The notes under the pieces: generated by a model
Seen by the model: only the letters and a program-made list of their open reading frames with translations
What the model was told of the DNA's origin: nothing
The model's database searches: none
Shown: piece after piece, positions 34,391 to 49,130 of the stretch
Layout of the letters: every line of letters begins with the position of its first letter
How positions within the stretch are numbered: position 1 is the stretch's first letter
Origin: the human T2T-CHM13v2.0 reference genome, Homo sapiens
Length of the DNA: 64,000 bases
Assembly (NCBI RefSeq): GCF_009914755.1
Contig: NC_060938.1
Direction: 5' to 3' (one strand)
Program-made: the position numbers and the translations under genes

Positions 34391-36118
34391 TTCTGTTTGG
34401 GAACTGCAGAAGAGAGACTAGGGCAGGAAGGCACCAGGGTAAAAGGCAGGCATTAGCTGCCCCTTAAATATAATCTTTGCTTTTTCTCAGGCATGAATAA
34501 AATCCTGCTCCAGAGTTGCTTTAGTTACTACATCTATGAAGAAAAAGGGTGGAGGTCTTAAGATCTTTATGGGAAAAACACTCCTAAAACTTTATTGTAG
34601 TAGGGAGAAGAGAATATATACAAGTAGAATTTATACTATTGTAAATTAACATGAACTAAATTGAACTCGTCTAACACACAGTGAATCATAAGACAAAGAT
34701 GACTAAAAAATGAGACTGAGAAAGGAAATAGGAATTTCAATTTTCTGAAGAGCATTCCACAAAATGGCTAATCCCTGGATAAACAACTAAGTTAACTACC
34801 TCTAATTTTACATAAAGAAGAAGAGGATTGTTACAAACATACACTTTGAGTTCAAAGGTATTCACAAGGTAAGAGCCAAAACCTTGCTCACAATTCATCA
34901 CCTCAGTACCTCTACCAGTGCCTGGTACAGAAGACTCAAATGCTTGTTTAAGGAATAAAAAGCCTATCCATTACAGTTTATCTCAGTAGAATCAAACAGT
35001 GCTAGGGCTATAACACCACTACCTTGAAATGCTAATATTAATTGGGAGGAAATTAAAAGTAAGTAGAAAGAGGGGAACCACCTGTGCAAAACAACAACCT
35101 AACCCCAGAGGAATCTACTGGTTAATTACCCAAATGACACAAAACCACTTCAGCGATATGCAGAAGTGTTGTTTGGCACAATGCGATATATATCATGATC
35201 AAATCCAATAAACAACGCCGTTGCAAAAAGCAAAGGAATTTTCCCTTAATATTCATAGGCTGCACTAATGCTCCCTTTTTGGAACACACAACAAAAAGCA
35301 TAAGGCAATCTCAATCTCTTTCCTCTGAACCATTCAAGAACTCAGCGGATTTGGGGAATTGGGTTTGCTTCTCTACAATGTTTTTTAAAATCCTAAATTA
35401 GGTGTAACTTACTCTCATCGTTTGTCTTAAGTAATACAAAACAGCACAATACAAAGACAGCGGCTCATATCCACTCTTGGTTATAGGATGTTATAAATCC
35501 CTGAAAGGAACCGCTAAAGTAAAACAAAACCCAGCAAGTTAATATCACATTTTTATCGCCAACCAAAAACAAACGATCAAACTTCCACCAGGAAAAGCAT
35601 CTTTTTATATGGGATAATGCTTGCATAAATGTCACCAATATTAGTTTGCTTACAGTTTAAGCTCAGAGACAGGGTTTCATATGGCTTTTTTAGTCAAACT
35701 CATCCATTGAAACAAATTTTTTTAAAAAAATGCAAATGTCTGAATGTCAATATTCTTTCCTGTCTATCTTCCATGAAGCATTTTTCCATGCTAACACTAG
35801 AGCATCCTTCGGTGTAATTCCACAAGCAGATTCAAATTCCCTTCAATACCATAAATAAGCCCTATTAAAAAGCCTTTAAACCACAAAAAAAGTGCAACAG
35901 CGGTTTGCAACTGTGTGGTTAGTTCTGCCTGTTGGTAGCGATTAGAACAAGCCATGAGTCGAGGGTGCTCAGAACCGAGTAAAAGGGACCCCGGCCGCTT
36001 TCTCCCCAAGAGGCAACAATAAAAGCATCCTCCTCTCGCCCCAATACTTCGCAGGAAAGTGGCCCCATTCCCGGGACCCAGTCGACCGCAGGAAAAAAGC
36101 ACGGCCAGCCTCACTTAC

Positions 36119-36226
36119 CTTATAGACGTCCCCGTAGGTGCCGCTGCCGACCCTCTGGACGAGTTCGTAGTCCTGCTGCGGGTTCCGCCTCAGGATGTCC
36201 GCGGCAGGCCGCAGCGGGGCCTCCAT
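36119..36226 (-). CDS. MAP4K5: MAP4K5 first coding segment (exon 2), kinase N-lobe
   Basis: Translates [36 protein letters not shown] with the GxGxxG loop. Strong Kozak (AAGATGG), in-frame TAA 3 codons upstream, canonical donor AAG|GTAAGT at 36118. Confidence 0.97.
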
Positions 36227-36335
36227 CTTCACTTAGGGCCCGGCCCCCGCCAGCTCACCCCGCGGCTCCCGGATTCCCGCTAACAAGCACGAACGGCGCC
36301 GCTTCCCAACATGGAGCCTCCGCCCGCAGCTCCGT
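36227..36335 (-). other. MAP4K5: MAP4K5 exon 2 5'UTR portion (109 nt)
   Basis: Acceptor ctttgctcgtccctcgtgcag|ACGG at 36336/36335 upstream of the ATG. Confidence 0.75.
36280..36312 (-). other. AUG uORF in MAP4K5 5'UTR (MLGSGAVRAC*)
   Basis: ATG TTG GGA AGC GGC GCC GTT CGT GCT TGT TAG, weak Kozak (TCCATGT), ending 53 nt before the main ATG. Confidence 0.65.
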
Positions 36336-36624
36336 CTGCACGAGGGACGAGCAAAGGCTGGTTGGCGTCGCAGGCTACGACCCCCAGCGGCCCGCGCCCT
36401 CGCGGCCCGGCCCCTTCCCTTCCGTCCCGCCCGGGGCCGTGGAAGAGAAAGGGGCCTGGAAGGGCCCCCGGCGCCCCGTATCCCCGTTCGGTCTGCGGCC
36501 CTTCCCCCTCCCCGGCCGCCCGCGAACTGCCCGACGAGGCCTCCCCGCCAGCCGGGGCCCAGGGCCGGCTCGGTACCTAATGGGGGCGGCCCCGTCTTTG
36601 TTGAGCGCGGAGCCCGGGACCTAC

Positions 36625-36750
36625 TTCCTAGACCGCACCCGCGTCCTCCTCCCGCGCGCCGGCCGGCAGCTCCGGGTTTGCCGTCGCCGCCGCCGCCACT
36701 CAGCCGCTGCACGGCGCGTCCTCTCGGGGGCGGCGGAGGCGCGTACAGTC
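36625..36750 (-). other. MAP4K5: MAP4K5 non-coding exon 1 (TSS approximate)
   Basis: Donor GAA|GTAGGT at 36624 within the CpG island; an alternative donor TAG|GTACCG lies at 36576. The 5' end cannot be fixed from sequence. Confidence 0.55.
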
Positions 36751-36770
36751 GCCGCCGCCGCCGCCGCCGC
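36680..36770. repeat. Two short GCC/CGG trinucleotide tracts
   Basis: gccgtc(gcc)4 at 36680-36697 and (cgc)7 at 36750-36770. Confidence 0.9.
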
Positions 36771-37259
36771 ACCACGTTCCCCACCCGGGGCTGCGTCACC
36801 GGGAGACACGTTCCCAGCCAGCATGGGTCGGCGCCCAGCGGCCCGCCCGAGCACTCCGGCCGCAGAACCAGAGTGCCGCCCTGAGGCCTGCTGAGAACAC
36901 AACACCCTCCCGACCGCGCCACCGCGCCCCCCTAGCCGGGCGCGTCCTTGCAGGGCCTGGGCTGTCTCCCTCCCACTCTCAGAAATAAGGCACACGCCTG
37001 GGCATTCGTGGGCCAACGGGCCTTGGCTAAACCGTCCCCACATTTGTCAGGTAGGCCTGTAGGGTGACGGGTAGAGGAAGAAGGGCGATGGGAACGTAGC
37101 CCTCCAAGTTAAACACGGAAAAGGTACGTTAAGGGCACCGGGCCAGAAGTAACCTGGCAGCGGGGCGCCGGGGAAGGAGGTGGGGGAGTGCCAGGTTAAC
37201 TAAGTCCCGGCACACCCTACTGCACCTTCCTGTTTTGCAAACCGATCCCGGTGGTACCA

Positions 37260-37544
37260 GTTTGAGGCTGCACTGCACACCTGCACAACCTGCCTTCTAC
37301 TTAGTTCTTCTGAGACATTTCTGAAAGTCTGAATTCCTAGGACTGCTCAATGACCTTTGTCCCTGTTGGGCACACGCAGTGTCTCATCGCTGGTATTGCA
37401 CCTTTAATGAGACCAGGAGTTCCGCAAAAGTAAAACAAAGGGGTCACAGACTGGTTCTGGTTCTACCACTTCCTCAGTATGTGCTCTGGGACAAAACAGC
37501 ATATTTGGCAACATCTCGGTGTCCTTATCTGCAGCTTGAAGAGG
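37260..37544 (+). other. ATL1: Probable non-coding upstream first exon of ATL1
   Basis: Strong donor AGG|GTAAGA at 37545 just outside the CpG island. Gene identity is from recalled head-to-head MAP4K5/ATL1 organisation, not from coding sequence; start is approximate. Confidence 0.5.
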
Positions 37545-37600
37545 GTAAGATTTTGCATCTGACACCCAGGAAAGTGTTTATAAAGCGTTTTACAGGATTG
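37445..37600 (+). mobile_element. MIR fragment
   Basis: Resembles the MIR core (ttctaccacttcct..tgtg..tggg; ctcggtgtccttatctgca). Confidence 0.55.
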
Positions 37601-39974
37601 TAAAGGGGGTTATCGAATATAAGAGGTCTTAAAATACTTAACAATGCACAGCATATATGGAACAGGAGTTCGGGGAAGTAATTTGGCTGATATTTCACAA
37701 GCTGTTTTGCAGTTTCAGTTCCAGTCTTGCTCTGAAGGTAGAAATTAAGTTGCCAGTGTTACATTATACTGGCTAAGTTATTTCTAGAGCCTCATAGAGA
37801 ATTTGAACAGAAAAGCCAGATAACACTCAGCCACTGCATTTAGTGACTGAAACATCATAAAAGAGCAAGTTGGAGATGTTGGCTTGTGGCTTTGAACATC
37901 CAATTTTTAATTCTGCTCTTGAGAATTAAAATACTCCTTATTGTTGATAATTGTATAATGTATAATAAGGAGTAATTGACAATACTCCTTATTGTTGATA
38001 ATTGTATAATGTAGAAATTAAATTCGCACCTTAACAGGACAGGGCATATATGTATTTTCTTGTGCTCCACACACAAAGGGCACTTATTTGGGGAACATAA
38101 GTAAGCCCAGACTTACATGCTCCATGGACAAAGCCTATGTGTTTGCTGCATTGAAAAAATTGTTGAAGAACAGTTCCTTCTTTCAAAGATTCTTGGCACT
38201 TGTTTTGGTGGGCACATACTTTTGGCTTCGATGACTCAAAATCTCTTCAAATGTTCTATTGGTATCTTAGCACTTGTTTACTGTCATAGATTCATTTGAG
38301 ATTTTTTTCCTCTGGCCATATAAGCACTGATCCTTTATCTAGTCTGAAATATATTTATTCTTACATGTTTACACTTGCGTTACTCCAGGGAATTTCAGGC
38401 AGCACACAGAAAACACTTACTATAAAACAAGATAAAAATAAGTGGGCAAACTAGTATGACGTTAAAGAGAAGGAAAATACGAAACCAGAACAGTGTGACA
38501 AATCGGCCAACCAGAGGATTTTATAGTGTTTTTGAGATCAAGAGTAACCAATTGATCAAGAAGAGGCATATATTTTCCTAATGCAAAGACTTCCAAAAAT
38601 TTTATTTAATGAGCCTTCTTCATAAAGTAGAAACTGAATGCCCAGTTTGAGACGAGGACAAATATCCTGACAATCCTTTAAGCATGTTATTCTTGAAATA
38701 CAGCATTTAAAATGAATTAGGCAGTGAAATGTTTGAGGTCATAGGCTTCAACAAGACCCTGGAGTGCGGATATTTTATGTTGCCAGTAATGGCAGATCCA
38801 TATGCTTTGACCATCAACCTAGAGGCAGATAGCATGGAAAAAGTCAAGACTCTATGTGGTGGTTAAAAAGTCGAGACTCTATGTGTCTGCTATAATCATT
38901 ATTTTACTTGTACTGCAATTCATGCAAAGAGGAAAACATTTGTTTTATACTAACTCCAAAAGAATCTTAAGGATTTTTAAAATACTGGTTGAGTTAATTT
39001 TAACAAGATCAGTGAAGTGGGTTGCTTTGTAAAGAAATGCAAATTCAATTTACTTAAATATACACTGAGTAAATTTAATTTTACATCCTAGACAATTAAG
39101 CAAACAATTTCAAGGTTGAAGTTTATGTAATAATATGTTAGTTATGTCATGGTAACTGACCAGAGAGTTTCTTACAAACCACCCAATTTCATATGACAAG
39201 GTATGGAATAAGAATAAATATGGCTTGATAGGTCCTTCATTCCAACCTAATTGTCATGCATTCTTAGTATCTTCATGCTGACACATAAATATTTTTCAGC
39301 TTTTACCCTTATCATTATAATATACGATAATGGTTTGCCACATGCTTTGTAATGTACTTCCCTTCTTTGAAAGTTCTTCAGTAAAATGCTGACTGTAATC
39401 TGTGGCCTCTAATTTCAGCTCTAACTTTAGCCAAGGCTGAATAAAAAAGAATTGGGAGACATAAAATGCTTTATCTTATATAAAGCTAAGGTTCACAATT
39501 TATTATCCAAGACAAAATGGCTAATTAAACCTTCAAGTGTGAAAGGACAGAGCATAAGGACAATAACTTTAGTCTATTGAACATACAGATTTAAGCAATC
39601 TGGTAATCTCCTGATTAATCTGCCAACATAAACTAATTTCAACATGTAACTCTATGATTCAGTTGACTGCTCTATAGATCTGTTAAACAGAAATCAATTA
39701 AATGTTGGAAGACATTGCCACAATTATGATTTGGATTTTTAAATAATTATTATTAAACTATTGTTTTACTAATTAGCCACTTGTCTTTTGAGGCATAAAC
39801 CATGTTTTCCAAATATAGGGCAATTTTTATATAATTTGTTCTGGATGGCAATAGAACATGTATCTCATTCAGGATTAGTATCAGGTCATTAGGATGAGAG
39901 TTTTAAAAAGGAGAGGTGAGGAAGGCAGTCGATATCCCTTTCATCCAGTTTGAATTGATCATCAGATATGTTAC

Positions 39975-42559
<2,585 letters not shown>

Positions 42560-42749
42560 GTTAAAAAGCTGTTTCTGTTAACCTTTATTGTCAGAGTGGT
42601 TTTAAGGTTTATGTGAAAATTGGTAGAAGGATTTCTGTATTCAACTCACAAATTGATTTTGTCTGCAAATTCAATAGCTAAGAAAAGATAGCAGATTACA
42701 AATAATCTTACACTGTTCCTTATTGGTTTCCTCACGCAATAACAGGTAT

Positions 42750-43230
42750 GTTCAAAAGGGTGCCCAAAGTTTGCCCACACCTCATGTAGACTAGTGTTAT
42801 GAGCAGAAAAAGCTACAATGCTTGGCTGGGATCCTATCTTACAGCTGCATAGCTCTTGCAGGATTCCAGTAAGTTCTCCTTTTCTTTGTCTCTGCAGAGC
42901 AAGGATAATAATGGCTTTCCACTGTTGCTAATCTCAGGATTCCTCACTATCTATTGGTGATTCGCTTAACCCTGTCATCTAATCATTTATTTATTTATTA
43001 GAGATGGGTTCTTGCTCTGTTGCCCAGGCTAGAATGCAGTGGCTATTAACAAGTACTATCATACTGTACCACAGCCTCAAACTCCTGGCCTCAAGCAATC
43101 GACCTACCTCAGCCTCCCAAGTAGCTGGGACTATGGGTGCGCACCACTGTGCCCAGCTTTTATTTTTATAAATGGTCCTTTTATTATATTCTCTTTCTGT
43201 GCTTTTTCTTCCCAGAAACCCGATTGATAA
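42750..43230 (+). mobile_element. LTR33-like ERV-L LTR interrupted by an antisense Alu arm (42985-43158)
   Basis: aatggctttccactgttgctaa...cttaaccctg...aaatggtcctt...gattgata. Confidence 0.65.
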
Positions 43231-45912
43231 AGTTATAGGGATTAGAATTAGTCTCAGAAAAGAGACTCTCAAAATGGCTTTCTAGGATGATATCACTCAC
43301 ATATCTGATGATTACTTGTATAAACTACTTGCCAAGGAAAATGGAACAGTGGTATCCTGTAGCATGGAGTGGCATCACAATTACTCAAACTATCAGCAGT
43401 GACATGAAATGGAGTGTCAGTGTAGGGCACAACATTGAAAGATCAATCTCTAGCACTTAGCTGCTGTAACAGTGAGGTTTACTAAAATTATTGTGTCATT
43501 TGGCTCTTCTGACTGCTTCTGTGAGAGTACATGAAAACAAGACAAATAGCTTTGGGTTCCAAATACCAGGCATGAATAGAAAATCAGAAAACTTCCTTGA
43601 CAGCTTTGAAGAAATCCATTATCTCTCATAGCTAAGGGGAAGATATGGCTGAGGACCAAGTCCAGGGCCTGACTATAAAGGCTTTGGAGTTGCAATGTTA
43701 ATTAAACGTGAGACCCAGTTCTGTTATGCTAAAGTAAGGGCACTGGTGGAGATGGCCTAGAACCTATGACATGGGATGGGGGCATTTGAGCAGATATGAA
43801 TGAGGCTTAGAACTTTAAACATGAGTTAGAAGAAAGAGTTTCAGTATAGCCCTAATGGGGAAGTACACAGAATGCTCTTGGAGGAGAGCTTATACAATGA
43901 AGAAGTTGTAGGATCTTGCTAAATACTTACCTGGGATTCAGATTTGCTCTGTTGACTTGAGCATCTGGAAGTCCTTCTAAGTGGGTTACTAGAAGCTTGT
44001 TCTCAATAATAGCTTACAATCTATGTGCTGAGATGCCAGAATTTCCCTGGCATACTGTAGAAGAAAGAATCTCAAGGTTTAGGGAGATGGGATGTTGGAT
44101 TTGCTCTGTTATAGTCATTCTGCTTAGTCAAACTCTATTCAAACCATGCCCAGGAGGGCCCATACAATTTACTCTTTTCAAGGCATTGAATGAGGGAGAA
44201 CAGATATCCTCGAAAGATTCTTCTGTGGCTGCCCTCAGTGGATTAGAGATGATGATTGGGAGCCCACATTGAAACTGGGATCCATGATTTTATATCCTGG
44301 TAGAGGTCAGGTGGCTCAACTGTCAAAGACATGTTTAGCACAGTTACTATAATAACCTTCAGGAAGAAGTGAAATCAGGATGTTTTGATTGCAAGGATAG
44401 GTGGTGCTATCCTATTATTAATCCCTGAGTCTCTAGGAATGAATAAAACCATCAGCGTACTTAAGTGCCATTTGACATATGTAGGTGGAAAAATCCTGGG
44501 ACTGATTGGTAGAAACCTAACTGAAATCTCTGTAACAGAGATTCAAGACATATTACCTGAATCTTAGACATAAACCAATTCACAAACCTGGAGTCCCTTA
44601 ATTAAGGGTGAGGGCGGATGTCTTTGAGGGAGAGTCCCATAGTGCAGCCAGGTATAAACGGTGACTTTTCCCCAAGGCCATTTCCAGAGGTACTTGTAGC
44701 CTTTTACCAGGGTGATTGTGAGCTAAGGAATGGGTGATTCTCATACATTCTGGAGGTTAATTGATATTAGCTCTAAATAATAATCTCTGCAGTCTCAAAA
44801 TACCGCCAAAATTCCAGTGATTAAAGTAGAGATTTAAGAAAGTCAAGTGGGACTAAAGATCCACTCTGGAGTTATTTTTCCAGTCCCAAAATATATGTGA
44901 GTATAGATATATTGAGTAGCAGAATTCCTACATTAGGTTTCCAGGGAGCTATTATGATAGGTAGGAACAAGTGTAACCTCCCTAGCTAACTTCTTACCCA
45001 TGCCAAAGTAGAATACCAAGATTAAATTTGATCTCCAGGGAAATTACAGAGATTAGTGCCACCATTAAAGCTATGAAAGATACAAGTCTTTTCCTTTTAA
45101 CTCCTCTTGGCTTGTGCAATAGCCAAATTAGTTTTGGAGAATGTGGATTATTAAAAATTTAATCAAATGTTGATGCTAGTCATAGTTGTGGTTCCACATA
45201 TGGGGGATCTTTACTAGAGCAAATCAGAACAGCTCTTGGCACCTAGAAGGTAGCTATTGACTTGAAAACTAGAAAGTAGCTTTCTTTTCAATTCCCGTCA
45301 GCAAAAATAATCAGAAGCAGTTTGCTTTCACATGATTGCAACAGCACTGTCATTGTACTACCTCAGGGATATTTAAAGACTTCTGTTCTATGATAGAGTA
45401 TCATTCCAGAGGGACCTTTGTTTCCTTGATATCCAGTAGAATATCATGGTAGTCTTTTATCTTGATAACATTATGCAAATTGCACCTTGTGAGCAGGAAG
45501 TAGCAACCACCCTACATACTTTAAAAAATACCACTAATACCAGAGAACGAGAGATAAACCCAGTTCAGGAACCTGACACATTAGTGACATTTCTAACAAG
45601 GAAGTAGTGCTCTACCTTGTATCATCCACCTTAAAGATGCACAGTGTTTGTTTGGCCTGTTTGTATTTTGAGACAATGTACTGCATTTGCTACTCTTTGA
45701 CCCATGTAACCTGTATGACTGCCACCTTGTTCATATCACTTGGAACTACATAATGTACTACAGAGAAGGCTATGATGCAAGCTGCCCTGACACTTAGGCT
45801 TTAGGATTCAGCAGACCCAATGGTAAACAGGAAACTGTATGGAGTCTCTTGCAACCCCAGTAGGAGAATCCCAATGCAGACCCCTAGGATTTTGGTATAA
45901 GAATATGCTGTT

Positions 45913-46227
<315 letters not shown>

Positions 46228-46364
46228 TTATCTGCTGACAGCTATTGTCTGTTTGAAAGGCAACTCTTGATTTACTTCTAGGTCTTAGTAGAGGCTAGAC
46301 TCCTGACCACAGGATACTAAGTAACTATGTGACATTAACTGCTCTTTAGAAATTGGGAGTTACC

Positions 46365-46651
46365 CTGCATGTTCTCACTCATAAGTGAGAGTTGAACAAT
46401 GAGAACACGTGGACACAGGGAGGGGAACATCACACACCGGGGGCCTGTGGTGTCGGGGGGAGGGGGTTGGGGGCAAGGGGAGAGAGAGCACTAGGACAAA
46501 TACCTAATGCATACGGGACTTAAAACCTAAATGACAGGTTGATAGGTGCAGCAAACTACCATGGCATATGTATACCTGTGTAACAAACCTGCACATTCTG
46601 TACAGGTATCCCAGAACTTAAAGTAAAATTAAAAAAATAAAAGAAAATAAA
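46365..46651 (+). mobile_element. 5'-truncated L1PA
   Basis: L1 3'UTR; TSD agaaattgg(ga/at)gttacc. Confidence 0.9.
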
Positions 46652-48819
46652 AGAAATTGGATGTTACCTAATTTACTGGATCGTAAGTTGAACATGGGCA
46701 GCAGAATTCCGTTGTCAAATGGAAGAGTATACACTGAGGTGGCCTGAGATGATCTGGAAGACACAAGTAAATCATATGGAACAAATGTCCATTGGACCTG
46801 CCCTTACTTCTTTGCCACCTGTTTTTTTTTCAACCCATTATCTATAGGCTCATAGCCATTTAGCAGGGGAAGAAAAAGTTTAGGCTTGGTTTATTAATGG
46901 TCTGCATAATATGCTAGCACCAACTTGAAGCAGAGAGCCACAGAATTCTGTGCCCACACCATAATGGGGTGGCCCTGAAAGATAGGAGGAGAAATTCTCC
47001 CAGTGGATATAACTTTGAACAATACATCTGGTTGTCCTCTTTTTTAGGAAGAAGAGCTGATCTGAGGTATGGATCTGTACTGATTCATGCACAGTAGCTA
47101 ATAGGTTGGTCAATTACTTGGAAGGAAGAAGATTTGAGATAAGGAAGTCAGTGGGAGAAGTATTATGGATGGATTCTTAAAATTGCCCAGAATGTGAAAA
47201 TAACTGTGAACTACAATACTGCCCAGCAGAGGGCATCCATCTCGATAGTTATACAAGAAGATCTGTTCTCCAGGTGTCAATCAGCCTCTTTACACAGTCA
47301 CTCTAGTGCTTGCTCAGTGTGCCTACGTGACAATAGGAATGTAAGCTAACATTAGATTCAACAATGTAGACTTCTACTTGCCAAGGATAATTCAGTTACT
47401 GCCACTATGGAGTGATTAATCTGCTTATAGCAGAGGCCATTGCAGAGATCCCAGTATGATACTGTTCCCTTGACAGATAAGTCAACCATCTGGTGGCAGT
47501 TTAATTTCACTAGATTCCTTTCATTATAGAGGGAAGAGTGACCTGTCATCATGGGAATAGATACATATTCTAGGTAGAGGTTTACCTTCCCTGCTTGGAA
47601 AGCTTCTATTAGTGCCACAATTCATGGGCTTATGGAATGCCTTGTTTTATCACCATGTATCACAAATATCTTTGAGCAAGAAAGTAATTTTATTATGAGA
47701 GAAGTGTGGCAGCAGAGTCATGCCCATGGAATTAACTGATCTTACCCATCACTCAGGAACAGCTAGTTTGATAGGATAGAGGAAAGTATGCAGAAGGATC
47801 AATCGTGGTGCTGGCTGAGAGAAAACCCCTGTAAGGATGTAGTATAGGACTCAACCCAGTCACCATTATATGTTGTCATCTACTCAATATTCAGAATGCA
47901 TGGGCCTGTGAACCAAGAGGCAGAGGTAGGAGTGGCTCTTCTATTATTCCTAATAACTCTCTTGAAAGTTTTTTTCTCTACAACTTTGTCTCTATTATAT
48001 TGTCCCTATAGGATTGGACTTGGTGAGTTTGGAGGCCCTAGTGCCCAAGGGATTGATACTTTCCCCAGATGACATGGTCACAATTCTATTTAACGGGAAG
48101 CTGAAACTGCCATCTGGCTATTTTGGAGTCTTCAGATCACTAAATCAACAGTTAGAGAAGGGGGTCATTGTACTGGTTGGGGTGATTGATTCTAACTACC
48201 ATGGGGAAATTGGTTATTGCTCCGCAAAGGAAACAAGGAAGACTATGTCTGGAATCCCAGGTATTCACTAGGGTGTCTCTTAGTATTCACATCTCTAATA
48301 TTACTGGACAGTGGGAAACTGAAGCAACCCAATGAAGATGAGAGCACTAAGGACTTGGATCCTCTGAGACTAAGGTTGGGTGACCCCACCAGATGAGGTA
48401 TGAGTTAAGGGTTATGGGAAAGTGGAAGCCATGATGATCACTTTGGCCCTTGGGCCCAATAACTACCCTCTTTTCTCTGTCCTTACTATCAGAACCACAA
48501 TTTTGTTGACCTCTTCCAAGTGGCTATGTCCATCAGGGGAGACTGAGACACTCCCCCGTCTTAGGGAATAAATCTTGATTGGTCTAGCCTCATTTTTCTT
48601 ATTAAAGGAATGGTTTAGGCTTGGACAATTCTGGACAATGACACAGGAGGAAAAGTCTGCTGGAGTGCTTCTAGGAAGGTTTTCCTTGCTATTAACAGGG
48701 TACACAAGACACAGACATGACTTATTCTGTCTCTAGGCATGGATGTCTGCTTCTGATGTGACTAGAATGGCAACTGCCATTTTGAAAACATAAGAGGAGC
48801 CAGCATTAGAAAATAAGGT

Positions 48820-49130
48820 GGCTGGGCGATGGTGGCTCACACTTGTAATCTCAGAGCTTTGGGAGGCTGAGGTGGGAGGATTGCTTGAGCTCGGGAGTTT
48901 GAGACCAGCCTGGGGAACATAGTGAGAACTCATCTCTACTGAAAGTTGGGAAAAAATTAGCCAGGCATGGTGGCATGACGCTATAAATGCAGCTACTCAG
49001 AAGGCTGAAGCAGGAGGATTGCATGAGCCTGGGAGATGGATGCTGCAATGAGCTATGATTGTACCACTGCACTCCAGCCTGAGTGACAGAGTGAGACCCA
49101 CTCTCAAAAAAAAAAAAAAAAAAAAAAAAA
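48820..49130 (+). mobile_element. AluJ
   Basis: Dimer with long poly(A). Confidence 0.9.

Larger units (their letters stand above)
35980..37260. promoter_or_regulatory. CpG island / probable bidirectional promoter (MAP4K5 minus, ATL1 upstream exon plus)
   Basis: Very high GC and CpG density against an AT-rich background, GC-box-like motifs, no TATA, first exons diverging. Confidence 0.9.

Noticed and set aside
35969-36118. C-terminal extension of ORF 35969-36232 (VSEAGRAFF...)
   Set aside because: Intron read-through past the GTAAGT donor; the kinase continues at exon 8991-9048. The GTG start two codons before the ATG is also unsupported.
36233-37043. Long ORFs (229, 151, 140 aa) in the CpG island as separate genes
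   Set aside because: Stop-poor GC-rich DNA, low-complexity products, overlapping on both strands, crossing an intron.
37930-38885. Spaced direct repeats as a CRISPR-like array
   Set aside because: Only two copies each, unrelated to one another, in eukaryotic DNA with no cas genes.
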